A DNA stretch of 63,938 nt, filler included, from Octopus bimaculoides (GCF_001194135.2; 8 parts of 8 records of this genome joined end to end with filler, not necessarily neighbours in it), one strand, 5' to 3'; shown: positions 12,553-25,479, counted from the first letter of the whole stretch. Made by a program: numbers and translations. Notes: a model not told the origin generated them from the sequence alone.

Positions 12553-12652
12553 NNNNNNNNNNNNNNNNNNNNNNNNNNNNNNNNNNNNNNNNNNNNTTAA
12601 TTAATTAANNNNNNNNNNNNNNNNNNNNNNNNNNNNNNNNNNNNNNNNNNNN
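12553..12652. other. Artificial 100-nt join (44N-TTAATTAATTAA-44N); linkers also at 27628, 41312, 44536, 53662, 61502 and 62809
   Basis: Same 12-mer centred in 44-N flanks seven times; it places stop codons in all six frames. Confidence 0.95.
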
Positions 12653-12688
<36 letters not shown>

Positions 12689-12843
12689 CATGTGTCCGTG
12701 TATGTGCTAGAGAATGCAGTTAAATAGATACTTACGTACTTTCATTCATACATATATACCATATATACGCGTGTATGGTATATGTGTACATATATATACC
12801 ATATATGCGTGCACCCACACACATATATAAAAAAAAAACAGAC

Positions 12844-13251
12844 ATAGGCGTGGCTCTGTGGTAAGAAGCTTGTTTTCTAACCACATGGTTCCGGGTTCAG
12901 TCCCACTGCGTGGCACCTTGGGCAACTTCCTTCTACCATAGCCTCAGGCCAACCAAAGCCTTGAGTGGATTTGATAGACGGAATCTGAAAGCCCGTCGCA
13001 TATGTGTGTGGGGGGGTGTGTGTGTGGGTGTGTGTGTGTGTATTTGTGTCTGCTTGTCTTCCCACCATCGCTTGACAACCGATGTTGGTGTTTTAGATCC
13101 CCATAACCTAGCGGCTCGCCAAAAACGTTCGATAGAATACGTAACAAGCTCACAAAAAATAAGTCCAGGGGGCGATTTCTGCGACTAAAAAGGCAGTGAT
13201 TCAGCATGGCCACAGTAAAAATTGATAGAAACAAGTAAAAGAATAAAAGAA
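12844..13251 (+). mobile_element. Full-length SINE family A
   Basis: tRNA-like head (tggctctgtggt A box, ggttcagtccc B box), internal (TG)n, and tail aaacaagtaaaagaataaaaga. Confidence 0.9.
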
Positions 13252-13280
13252 TATACATCGATAAATTTATATTATATATA

Positions 13281-13566
13281 GCAGGAGTGGCTGTGTGCTA
13301 AGTAGCTTGCTTACCAACCACATGGTTCCGGGTTCAGTCTCACTGCGTGGCACCTTGGACAAGTGTCTACTCTAGCCTCGGGCCGACCAAAGCCTTGTGA
13401 GTGAATTTGGTAGACGGAAACTGAAAGAAGCCCGTCGTATATATGTATATATATATATATGTGTGTGTATATGTTTGTGTGTCTGTGTTTGTCCCCCCAA
13501 CATCGCTTGACAGCCGATGGTGGTGTGTTTACGTCCCCGTAAATTAGCGGTTCGGCAAAAGAGACC
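13281..13566 (+). mobile_element. SINE family A, truncated by N gap
   Basis: gcaggagtggctgtgtgctaagtagcttgcttaccaaccacatggttccgggttcag... Confidence 0.9.
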
Positions 13567-14303
13567 NNNNNNNNNNNNNNNNNNNNNNNNNNNNNNNNNN
13601 NNNNNNNNNNNNNNNNNNNNNNNNNNNNNNNNNNNNNNNNNNNNNNNNNNNNNNNNNNNNNNNNNNNNNNNNNNNNNNNNNNNNNNNNNNNNNNNNNNNN
13701 NNNNNNNNNNNNNNNNNNNNNNNNNNNNNNNNNNNNNNNNNNNNNNNNNNNNNNNNNNNNNNNNNNNNNNNNNNNNNNNNNNNNNNNNNNNNNNNNNNNN
13801 NNNNNNNNNNNNNNNNNNNNNNNNNNNNNNNNNNNNNNNNNNNNNNNNNNNNNNNNNNNNNNNNNNNNNNNNNNNNNNNNNNNNNNNNNNNNNNNNNNNN
13901 NNNNNNNNNNNNNNNNNNNNNNNNNNNNNNNNNNNNNNNNNNNNNNNNNNNNNNNNNNNNNNNNNNNNNNNNNNNNNNNNNNNNNNNNNNNNNNNNNNNN
14001 NNNNNNNNNNNNNNNNNNNNNNNNNNNNNNNNNNNNNNNNNNNNNNNNNNNNNNNNNNNNNNNNNNNNNNNNNNNNNNNNNNNNNNNNNNNNNNNNNNNN
14101 NNNNNNNNNNNNNNNNNNNNNNNNNNNNNNNNNNNNNNNNNNNNNNNNNNNNNNNNNNNNNNNNNNNNNNNNNNNNNNNNNNNNNNNNNNNNNNNNNNNN
14201 NNNNNNNNNNNNNNNNNNNNNNNNNNNNNNNNNNNNNNNNNNNNNNNNNNNNNNNNNNNNNNNNNNNNNNNNNNNNNNNNNNNNNNNNNNNNNNNNNNNN
14301 NNN

Positions 14304-14336
<33 letters not shown>

Positions 14337-14534
14337 GAGAGGTTTTGGTATCCAGAAAACCCAAAAGGCAGGTAAGACTGTGTAAGTCCTACGGAAAGAC
14401 CGCTGTTAGACTAGATAACAGTGTGAGTGAGGAGCCTAATGCGTATCGAGTGTGAGCGTGTATATGTTAAATAAAATGATATAACATGGCCAAGGCAGTG
14501 TGATATTTCTAAGACATTTATAAAGAGAAAGGTA

Positions 14535-14582
14535 GTCTTACAAGTATTTCAGGGATATAAAGGATATCCCATCCTCAGAGAC
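14535..14582 (-). ncRNA. Minimal type-I hammerhead ribozyme, left arm
   Basis: Minus strand GUCU-CUGAGGA-u-GGGAUAU-ccuuu-AUAUCCC-u-GAAA-U-acuu-GUA-AGAC. Confidence 0.65.
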
Positions 14583-15032
14583 GATATGATAGAGTTTCAA
14601 TAGAAAGAAATATATAAGAATATATATTTTAATATAAGAATATACAGTTCAATATAAGAATTTATTTTGGAAAGGGAGAGATGCAGGAGGCATAAAGGAA
14701 AATAGGAGAATAAAAATATATGTTGGATGCTAAAGTTGCTGTTCTAAGATCCTTGTGAATGAACAGCACATGGTATTAATATCTGCATACTATCCATCTG
14801 AAATAAGAAAATATGAACTCCTAACGGAATTTACACACCATGGCCGAAAAACCTCTTTACCCATTCTACACAGCACATTCCTTGGATAATGGAACAGCAG
14901 CATTAGCACCCAACATATATTTTTATTTTTATTCTCATAATCCCCTTTATACTCTCTGTATCTCTCCCTTTCCAAAATAACTACTTATATATTGAACTCT
15001 ACTATTTCCTTCTATTGAAACTCTTTCATATC

Positions 15033-15080
15033 GTCTCTGAGGATGGGATATCTGTTATATCCCCGAAATAGCTGTAAGAC
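15033..15080 (+). ncRNA. Minimal type-I hammerhead ribozyme, right arm
   Basis: GUCU-CUGAGGA-u-GGGAUAU-cuguu-AUAUCCC-c-GAAA-U-AGCU-GUA-AGAC: stem I 4 bp, stem II 7 bp, near-palindromic AUAGCUGU stem III, predicted cleavage after 15076. Confidence 0.75.
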
Positions 15081-15239
15081 TACCTTTCTCTTTGCTGGGC
15101 CGTGTAGTGCGCTCTGTTCTTGAGAAAAACGTTTCATCTCACGTGCCTCAACGATCACTTCGACACTTCCTTAACGTTAAAAAGAAATGCATGGAATTTT
15201 GATATAAAATAAAGGACATAGTGGAAATTAATATGCACA

Positions 15240-15520
15240 AGGCAAATTTGGCAACATCACTACATCACATATGAAAAAAAATGGCATTGCTTAAATGGCA
15301 GCCATTTTCGGCTTCGCACGCCCGTGCTCTTTCCAAAACACCCTCAAGAGTTTCAGACCCCAATTCTCTGATTTCTCTATCGATATTCTCCTTCAGTTGC
15401 ACCAGGGTCTCCCTTGTTACTGAGAGGCGTAAACCCTCTCTTTCAGGTATCCTCATAAGAACAAATCCGGGCAAGACAGGAAAGAATTGCGAAACAAATT
15501 CTTTAAGCCCAGCCAACCGT
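15240..15520 (-). mobile_element. Tc1/mariner transposase C-terminal remnant
   Basis: Minus-strand PDLFL*GYLKERVY (cf. PxDFFLWGYLKxxVY), then after a frameshift TLVQLKENIDREIREL...ERARACEAENGCHLSNAIF. Confidence 0.75.
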
Positions 15521-15544
15521 CACGAGACCCAGAGGTAGACCAAG

Positions 15545-15960
15545 AACGCGATGATATCCATAGTCTCAGTTGGTCAGACTTGGAAATCCATTAATAAAGT
15601 GTAATGACGGTTGCTTCCGATAGAACCCTGTAGAGCACTCCACCTCCATAAGGTGCGCAGCTCGGAGATCAAGGAGTCTCACCAGGTCAAGCTGCCACTT
15701 ACACGTATTGAGGGCTCACAATTCCAATACTATAATTATGTGATTAGAATGTCGCGGGAAGGAATCACTCTTCGAGCCGAGTCATCTTGCAGGAGAGATG
15801 GGGTAGACCAAAAACGAGATGGTTGGATAATGTCCATTTTCTCCGCTGGTGAAATTTGGAAATCCAGTAAGAAAACGTAATGAAATAAAGGTTTCTTTTA
15901 GTAGGACCCTACGGAAGAGGCGTTTGAGGACTCCACCTGCACAACCCAGCAATAGTGGGA
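15545..15960 (+). mobile_element. RTE-clade LINE 3' remnant
   Basis: KLPLTRIEGSQFQYYNYVIR and, in another frame, RRWGRPKTRWLDNV (cf. RTE C-terminal RRRGRPxxRWLDxI). Confidence 0.6.
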
Positions 15961-16627
15961 GGAAGGAAGAGATGGATGAATGTGCGACACAGACATACCT
16001 GTGCTAGTTTCTGTGTTAGCTTAATAAAACCGGAAGTTATAGATTTGTGTTACCGTCTGCTGAACTACTAAAAAGACAACAGCAAAGAGATAGAGAAAAA
16101 GCTGATGTTAATGTGGTTGCTGCTGTTGTTGGTGTTGTGACAGTTATTGCTGTTTAACCTTAAGTCAAACATTTTTGTCTGTAAACGTGTCTGTTTACGA
16201 GTGTCAGAGAGCTGGAGTGCAAGGAGGATGGGGAGCTCAAGTCAATGTTCGCAGTTCTACGAGCATATGTATGTATGTATATATATATATATNNNNNNNN
16301 NNNNNNNNNNNNNNNNNNNNNNNNNNNNNNNNNNNNNNNNNNNNNNNNNNNNNNNNNNNNNNNNNNNNNNNNNNNNNNNNNNNNNNNNNNNNNNNNNNNN
16401 NNNNNNNNNNNNNNNNNNNNNNNNNNNNNNNNNNNNNNNNNNNNNNNNNNNNNNNNNNNNNNNNNNNNNNNNNNNNNNNNNNNNNNNNNNNNNNNNNNNN
16501 NNNNNNNNNNNNNNNNNNNNNNNNNNNNNNNNNNNNNNNNNNNNNNNNNNNNNNNNNNNNNNNNNNNNNNNNNNNNNNNNNNNNNNNNNNNNNNNNNNNN
16601 NNNNNNNNNNNNNNNNNNNNNNNNNNN

Positions 16628-16683
<56 letters not shown>

Positions 16684-17120
16684 CATATACATATAAAACA
16701 AAAGTAACTTCACGCATAGAAGAGATAATCGGTATAAACAAGCATTCACACGTACACTTATACAACCACATACATACGCGAACATATATATGTAAATACA
16801 TTTGTTGTTTACATAACTAGATACGTGTGTGTGTGTGTATACATACATGTACATATATAGACATACATATACATATACATATACATATATATATATATAT
16901 ATATGTATGTATCTTATCTATATATATATGTATATGTATATATGTGTATATATCCGGATGCATATGTATATGCATACATGTACATATATATATACATATA
17001 TATATACATATATATGTATGTATCTATCTATATATATCCGGATGCATATGTATATGCATACATACATAAGTATATATCTATGTATACATATATATATATG
17101 CGTAGATATATTTGTGCGTG

Positions 17121-17179
<59 letters not shown>

Positions 17180-17693
17180 ATATATTTATACCTACAAGAT
17201 TTAGTATTTGCTATGATTCTTTGAACTGTCAAAAATAATATGCTAAACTGACATATGACAAGACTAGACTCTCTACATCATAATATTGATGGGTGAGAAG
17301 TGCTGGCTGTGAAGGAGAGGAGGAGATTTTATTGTTTAATGATGGCGTGTGTGTCATGAATGGTGGTTGCGGTGGATACTGTGGTTGTTAACGCGATCTG
17401 TTGTAAAGTGCAGGAGATTTGAAAAACATGAGATAAATAGTTTGCCAGTTAACTCGCTATATACATTTGTGTGCATATATGCGTAAATATACAGGCATAC
17501 ATACATACATACATATATACATAAAGCATACATACATTCATACATGCATACATGCATACATACAAACATTCATGTGTGTCTCTGTGTGTTTGTGTGTGTG
17601 TGTCTGTGTGTTTGTGTATGTGTGTTTGTGTGTGTGTGTGTGTGTACATACTCATAGATCGATCGATAGATACGTATTCATATGTGATATACC

Positions 17694-17746
<53 letters not shown>

Positions 17747-17772
17747 CACACACAGAGAGATATTGATAAACC

Positions 17773-17838
<66 letters not shown>

Positions 17839-18033
17839 CATATCTATGTATGTATACGAGTGTGCAGGTATATATATGTATGTATGCATGTGAGTATGTA
17901 TGTATGTATGTACATATTTATATATAGAGAGAGAGCCATAGAGAGAGAGTGCCATAGAGAGAGAGTGCCATAGAGAGAGAGTGCCATAGAGAGAGAGCCA
18001 TAGAGAGAGAGATATAGATATATAGATATATAT

Positions 18034-18108
<75 letters not shown>

Positions 18109-18112
18109 ATCA
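16628..18112. repeat. Compound (TG)n/(TA)n/(TACA)n/(GACA)n/(GATA)n microsatellite block with a gagagagtgccata minisatellite
   Basis: Directly visible tandem repeats. Confidence 0.9.
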
Positions 18113-19109
18113 TATGTGTTGGAAAAGTAAATATGCAACAATGTAAGACAATCTTGAATAAACAACAAAGAACTCAATAAAATATGATAGAATAATAAAA
18201 TAAAAAGCTAATGCTAAAACTTTCTAAACTGTGTCTTTGAGTTACACGTTTTATCGATTTTAAAGCAATGAAATAATTGAAGCCAACGATTCAGCAGTTA
18301 TATATGAAATAAAAACTATTGAATATGTACGCTAGCCCAGCGATCCTTAAAGTAACAAAAAATACCCACCACACTCACAAAATTATTAACAAAATTCTTT
18401 TTGAAGCCGTACCTTTTTCTATTCATGTGAAGTGAAAATAGTGCGTATACTTATATACTTATTCTTCAACTTTGAGTTTCAAAGTTTGAAACCATCTTCA
18501 TTGTTCTAAACATGGCAATTTGACAGCTTCTCTTTAATCCTTACAATTTCCCAGTGTATAGTTGCCAACTACCGTCAGCTGAGGGAAAGCAGAAAAATGT
18601 TTTGATTTGGTTGAAGCTGTTATCATTTAATTTAACGAAACTGGTCGACGTTCGTTCAAGAAATCATCTCGAACTAGTTCAATGGCACATTCCGATTTCT
18701 ATAGATAAAAACATTATGAGATGAATTTTAACATCTGTTTTAAACGTGTAACAGTAAAGTACGAATCTGTCCAGTGATTAATTTGCAGATACTTTTTGAT
18801 ATATCAACAAACATTTCGATTAATGTCAAAAAATAGATTTCCTTTCCAATCAGGTGTTTATGTTTAGGGACAATAGTTCCATGGGACAATATATTATATC
18901 TTTTCTGAAAACAAAACATACAGCAATTGTTACCCTCCCTCGATTATAAAATTTTACCGTATTCTAATATCTTAGTAAATGGTTATCGAGCATTTCTTTT
19001 TGTATAATTTCCATCAACGAAGCAGCCACTTATGGCATTGAAAAGTTGGAAGGCAATGATTTTAAGTAAAAAAAATTAATAGCATCGTTGATACTACTAT
19101 TAATAATAG

Positions 19110-19450
19110 TAATTTATTTTTCGCAAAAGGTCAATTTTCAGAGTAGGGGCTCGCTGATATCATCGATCTCAGTACTTCACTCATACCCTGTTTTAGGTCA
19201 TTTATTTGGCATTTGAACTCAGGAAGTAACGAACCGGAAGAAATACCGCTAAGCAATTCATCTGACTCGCTGCGGGAAATTTTGATGAATGAGTCAGTCG
19301 ATTACATCGAGACCAGTTCTTAACTGGTTAAGTACTTTTAAGTACTTAACCAGAACTTATTTTATCGAACTTGAAATGATAAAAAGTAAAGCCGACCTCA
19401 GCGGTATTTGAACTCAGAACATAAATAGTCGGAAGAAATGTAACCAACCA
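19110..19450 (-). mobile_element. Two decayed SINE family B copies
   Basis: atttgaactcagg...gaagaaataccgctaagca and gtcgattacatcgagaccag...gccgacctcagcggtatttgaactcagaac. Confidence 0.65.
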
Positions 19451-19488
19451 CTTTGTCCATTGCACCAATGATTCTGTTTACTGCTTTT

Positions 19489-19564
<76 letters not shown>

Positions 19565-19670
19565 CAACAACAACGACGACGACGACGATGATGATAATGA
19601 TGATCGGTGTGCAGAAAGGTTTCTTCATTCCGCGCGCACCACGGACAAGTCCGTCTGACAGCAAATCCGT

Positions 19671-20405
19671 AAACTCTACAGTCACGGATTTGCTGTCAGA
19701 GGGACTTTCCGAGGTGTGCGCAGAGCGACGAAACCGTTCTGCACGCACTCGTTCTGTGTCCAGGCATTGCTGACTTGTGGAGTTATGTCGAACAGCTGCT
19801 GTCGCGTGTGGGGCAGATCCTTCTGTCGGCCGAGTCTGTAGTGATGATTGCCCCTCAGCCCTCCTTTAATCGGGCAGGCAAGGTAGTTTTCCTTTGCCCG
19901 ATGGCTGTGGCGAAATAAGTTGTTTGGTGAACAAGGCTAAAAGGCATGAGGACAGATATATTCCTCTTTGGTAAATCTCTCATTGATTTCTTCAAGTTTC
20001 ATCGGAAAAGGAAATTGAGAGTGGAGAGGGAAGTGCTGTCCTCAATTGGACTTATTGAAAGGTAGGTGAAAGTTGCGAAAATGGTAAGAGTGGATGGTAG
20101 CTCTCTCAATGTAGACCTGTAAGTCGAAGTGAAGGAATTAGAGAGGGCGCTTGCTCTTGGTCTTCAGGAAAATCTCAGGCAGTGGAGTTCCTCGATTACC
20201 CCTGTATCAAGAAGGCTACATCTCTATCACCCCTCTTTTTTTTTAAACTTTTGCATGCTATGTATATGTTTCTTCTTTTTCAGTGTATACCGTGTGTACT
20301 TGCCCTTTTTTTTAAATTTTATCATTTCATTATATGTAAACCCCCACATTTCAAGTCTGTCTTTGTATTGTCCCACCTCATCGTTCACCCTTCTAGCAAA
20401 TAAAC
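19671..20405 (+). mobile_element. 5'-truncated L1/Tx1-clade LINE (ORF2 C-terminus and 3' UTR)
   Basis: FPRCAQSDETVLHALVLCP (CCHC knuckle, first C lost), LWSYVEQLLSRVG...LSAESVV...TRLKGMRTD...FFKFHRKRKLRVEREVL; AATAAA near 20399 followed by an (ATT)n tail. Confidence 0.8.
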
Positions 20406-20409
20406 GTAA

Positions 20410-20458
20410 TTATTATTATTACTATTATTATTATTGTTATTATTATTATTATTATTAT

Positions 20459-20522
<64 letters not shown>

Positions 20523-20537
20523 CGTAGTAGTAGTAGT

Positions 20538-20602
<65 letters not shown>

Positions 20603-20612
20603 CAGTAGTAGT
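20410..20612. repeat. Compound (TAT)n-(TAG)n-(CAG)n-(TAG)n microsatellite
   Basis: Direct tandem repeats at the L1 tail. Confidence 0.95.
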
Positions 20613-20624
20613 AAAAATATACGA

Positions 20625-21085
20625 AGTCCAATATACCCATTATGACTACCCGTCTGTTAAGGATGAACTAAGAACATGCATCACAGCCACATGTGCGTGA
20701 CATGGTGATCTCATATCAAGATAAACAGCGCATGGCCTTGCAGGTGGGGCCCAGTTAGGTGTTTGTCCATATCGAGTAGCCCATCCTGCTCAAAAGATCC
20801 CTGTATAAGGGTTGTTTAAGGATGTTGAACGAAACACCCATGTTTACATAGGTGAATTATTCAAACCCCAAAGAATTCCTCTTAACTCATGGCTATGATG
20901 CTCTCCCACCACTTCTGTTCGTGATCGGAAATGCACATACTGTCAGCCACCAAGGGACATGCTCACCTCCTTAAGGTCAGTCATCTGACATGCAAATCTG
21001 GTATTGAGCAGAATATTTGCTGTAACCCATTTCTTATTCGATGACAAATTATGTACATCACTTCCAATCATTTAAGATCAAAAGC
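20625..21085. mobile_element. Unclassified interspersed repeat
   Basis: Non-coding block (catggtgatctcatatcaagataaacagc...ggtattgagcagaatatttgctgta) recognised from memory as octopus-repeat-like; single copy in this window. Confidence 0.35.
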
Positions 21086-21131
21086 CATAGGCGGTGAGCT
21101 GGCAGAATTGCTAGCACACCAGGCAAAATAC

Positions 21132-21184
<53 letters not shown>

Positions 21185-21253
21185 TTCTTTATTAACCATA
21201 AGTGTTTACATGAAGAAAAACATTATGGACAGCACAGGACAAAAATATGTGTG

Positions 21254-21329
<76 letters not shown>

Positions 21330-21331
<2 letters not shown>

Positions 21332-21426
21332 CTCCACACACTCCAGCAACACGGAGGTGTAGCAAGTGATGCAGTAGAAATTTGCCTCAAACTACCAAAT
21401 ATTGAACAATAATAATAATAATAATG

Positions 21427-21484
<58 letters not shown>

Positions 21485-22852
21485 AAAAATGATTGAAAGA
21501 GTTAACGTAACTGATAAGCAAAGTGAAATACTCTCTAAACCAACCATAAACGCTAAGGCAGATGAAAATCAAATAGATGAAGAAAGTCACACAGAAATTG
21601 ACCCAACTGAACTACATGATCTAAAAAATCAAATCATAATTGAATGGCCGAAAATTAAAATATATGGAAACCATAATTGACATCGATACCACCATAGAAA
21701 CCATCAAGCAGAAGGTATGTGCTAAAGCTGTTCGCATAGAAAAGTATGAAAAGCGCGTTAGATTCTTCAAGGACAACAACATGTTGAAAAATAACCCAAA
21801 GTTTTGCAGGAAGATAGAGAAAATACCAGTTACAGTAAAGTCCGTCCCATCAAAAGAAGTGCAGGAATTTTGGAATAAATTTTGGGCAGAAGAAAAAACA
21901 CACAATGAAAAGGCCCCTTAGATTGATAGAATATCTAAAGACTCCTTAGAGTGGAAGGGTATCAAGGTAGAGGATGTAAGATCTGCTCTCAGGAAGTCAA
22001 GTAAATGGATGTTTCCAGGAAAGAATAAAATTCCTCACCTCTGGTTGAATGCCTTCCCAGAGAGCCATGAACTGCTAACACAATTTAACAACAATGTTTT
22101 GCAACAACCAAGTATGATTCATTCTTGGCTAGTTAATGGTATAACATTCCTACTTCCAAAAAAAGGAAGAAACAAATGAACCAAAAAATTATGGACCTAT
22201 AACCTGCTTAACAACGATGTATAAAATGCTAACATTTGTCTTGACTGAATATACCTATAGTTTTTTTAATAGAAAGTGGCATATTCCCTAATGAACAAAA
22301 AGGATATAAACGTGGGTCCTATGGTTGTGAAGATCCGATACTCATCAATAAGATGATCTTGGAAGATTGTCACAAACGACACAAAAACTTGTCAATAGCC
22401 TGGATAGACTATGAAAAAGCTTTGTCTACTATATAGCTGAATTAAGAAATGTCTGGAAATGTATAAAATAGCAGCTACTCAGCGAAACGTCTTGTCTGTA
22501 AGTATGAGATCATGGAGAACCACACTGACTTTGAACAGTGGCAATGAATCTCTCAATGCTGGAGATGTAAGAATTTCATTTGTTATTTTCCAGAGTAACA
22601 CTCTATCACCATTCCTCTTTTGTCTAGCTTTAATACTTCTCTCCAAATTGTTCGATGATGTACAATACGGTTATAAAATGTTTGATAAAAAAGTAAATCA
22701 TCTCATTTACATGAATGATTTAAAGCTCCTTGCAAAAAATTACCAACAACTACAGGGCTAACTAGCGATTGTTTAACAATTTAGTGATGACATCAGGATG
22801 CAATTTGGCCTCGATAAATGTGCAAAAGCTATCTTTATCAAAGGAAAACTAT
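21330..22852 (+). mobile_element. R4/Dong-clade (RLE) LINE remnant with RT domain
   Basis: KQKVCAKAVRIEKYEKRVRFFKDN..., EEVQEFWNKFW-like segment, NEPKNYGPITCLTTMYKML, LSIAWIDYEKA, IFQSNTLSPFLFCLAL (cf. IFQGDSLSP), HLIYMNDLKL (YMDD>YMND), QFGLDKCAK; frameshifts and internal deletion. Confidence 0.85.
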
Positions 22853-23357
22853 TTTGGATATTTTTTGACTTCAACGGTTTAAAATATTTCAGTGCAATGG
22901 CGTAGTTTGAGCAGCTGTTGATGCTGTTTTGCTTTGCGGTGGTGGTGGTGGTGGTGGTGTTGGTGCTGGTGGTGGCATTGGCGATGGTACATGCGTGTAT
23001 TATTGTTGTTGTTGATGGTGGTGGTGGTAGTTAGTGTTACTGTTGTTGCTGTTGTTGTATCACTCAATCATTCACATTTGACTCAATTTCCAATATGAAA
23101 GGACAAGCAATGAGGTTAATTGTAGGAGTTAGTCCGTACTCACATGTGGTTAGTAGTCTGAAGGCAGCATTTCTTATGCATTGGCAAATGCATTACAGTT
23201 AGTGTGTAGTAGTAAGTGCCTTATAGTCTGTCCTAAGTGTACAGTAGTTAGGATTTGAGGGTGTTAGAGAGAAAAGTGCAGTTTTATTAGTGGTTAGTAG
23301 TGGTTAGAAGTTGAAAGTAAGATGGTAATATGTAGAGAAAACTTGCCGGCTGGCTGG

Positions 23358-23401
<44 letters not shown>

Positions 23402-23559
23402 TTGATGTTTAGAGCACATTTCATTTTCGTATAGATGTTTATTTAATTCACATTTATTATTATTTCATTTTTTTATTTTCGTTATTGTATGTTCTGTTGT
23501 GCTGCCAAGTGGAAGGAACCATTATATCTAAATAACTGTCTTCGAATGTACGTGCTGAT

Positions 23560-24101
<542 letters not shown>

Positions 24102-24914
24102 GAAGTGTTTGCGTCCACAAACTGGTATCAGTGTTTGCGTGGGTGTTTTCCGTCTGTACATCTGAATAGACTATCAAAGTCACTCTAAACTGAATAGACT
24201 ATCAAAGTCACACCATAGTTTCGCCAAGGCATCTCAGTGCAACTGAATACATATCGATAGAAACGGAACAAGAGAGCGAGAGATAGAGAGAGAGAGTGAG
24301 TGAGTGAGAATGAGAGGGAAGAAGAGACAGACGGACAAACAGACAGACAAGTGGGAAGAGAGCGAGATATGATAACGAACCAGATAGATAGATAGATAGA
24401 AAGATAGACAAACAGTTTATAATCACAGTCAAAAGTGATTGTAATGCTTTAGTAATTCTTTTTATATACAAGAGAAATTGAACATTTCATGTAGCCATGT
24501 TGATTAAGAAGTTCGTTTTATTTCTGCTTGGTCTCGGTTCGATCCAGCTGTACCGTACTTTTCCTTTGTCCCTCCCCGAGTTGACCTATATATATATATA
24601 TATATATNNNNNNNNNNNNNNNNNNNNNNNNNNNNNNNNNNNNNNNNNNNNNNNNNNNNNNNNNNNNNNNNNNNNNNNNNNNNNNNNNNNNNNNNNNNNN
24701 NNNNNNNNNNNNNNNNNNNNNNNNNNNNNNNNNNNNNNNNNNNNNNNNNNNNNNNNNNNNNNNNNNNNNNNNNNNNNNNNNNNNNNNNNNNNNNNNNNNN
24801 NNNNNNNNNNNNNNNNNNNNNNNNNNNNNNNNNNNNNNNNNNNNNNNNNNNNNNNNNNNNNNNTATATATATATATTCGTTTATTTATTTATTAATATTT
24901 ATCAGAAATAACAG

Positions 24915-25070
24915 GGTAACTCAAGATCCGAAAGTTTTGTGCGTTGGCACTTATCAAACTATACCTGTATAATTAACGTGCAACTGTCTTGCTCAAGGAC
25001 GCAACGCACTGCTGAGTATCGAACTCACGACCTTACGATTGTGAGCCGAATTCCTTAACTATTAAGCATT
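24915..25070 (-). mobile_element. SINE family C fragment
   Basis: gtcttgctcaaggacgcaacgcac...atcgaactcacgaccttacgattgtgagccgaa...cttaactattaagc. Confidence 0.65.
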
Positions 25071-25087
25071 CGTGTGTGTGTGTGTGT

Positions 25088-25126
<39 letters not shown>

Positions 25127-25479
25127 TGTTGTGTGCGCTCACCCGTGCGGTGTGTGAACGTACGCATGTATTATATCACTGTGTCGACAACTGGATGTTG
25201 CTATATACCGCTGATCACAATGCGCTTCCTTATGGCTTTTGTATGATGCCACCCCATTAGATAGTCGGATGCCAGTCTGTAAACAGACGAATATTACGTA
25301 ACCTTACGGATGTTATACATAATGCATACCTGACGGTACTCCGCTTACGTCACAATAAAAAGTCGTGGGTATGACTTTAAACTGCATCCGGTAGTCCAGC
25401 CTTTGTACGGATATTCCAGGCTTTTGAGGAGTGTGGAACCACCTCTTAAACCTTTTTGTTCCCAGGTCGTTTTTGTTCA

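Larger units (their letters stand above)
14522..15093. repeat. Inverted repeat (arms about 14522-14752 and 14884-15093), PLE pseudo-LTR-like
   Basis: aaagagaaaggtagtcttacaag...gttctaagatcc is the diverged reverse complement of ggataatggaac...gtaagactacctttctcttt; spacer about 130 bp. Confidence 0.85.

Noticed and set aside
12597-12608. Recurrent TTAATTAATTAA palindrome (7 copies) as a biological motif
   Set aside because: Always centred in exactly 44+44 N; an assembly linker with six-frame stops
12844-12920. tRNA genes at SINE heads (also about 6240-6320 and 37930-38010)
   Set aside because: A/B boxes are present but run into SINE bodies with no acceptor stem or terminator
18540-18700. Minus-strand 34-nt exon candidate (DGSWQLYTGK) or mariner HTH-like piece
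   Set aside because: Splice sites are plausible, but the phase does not link to other candidates and the similarity is too weak to call
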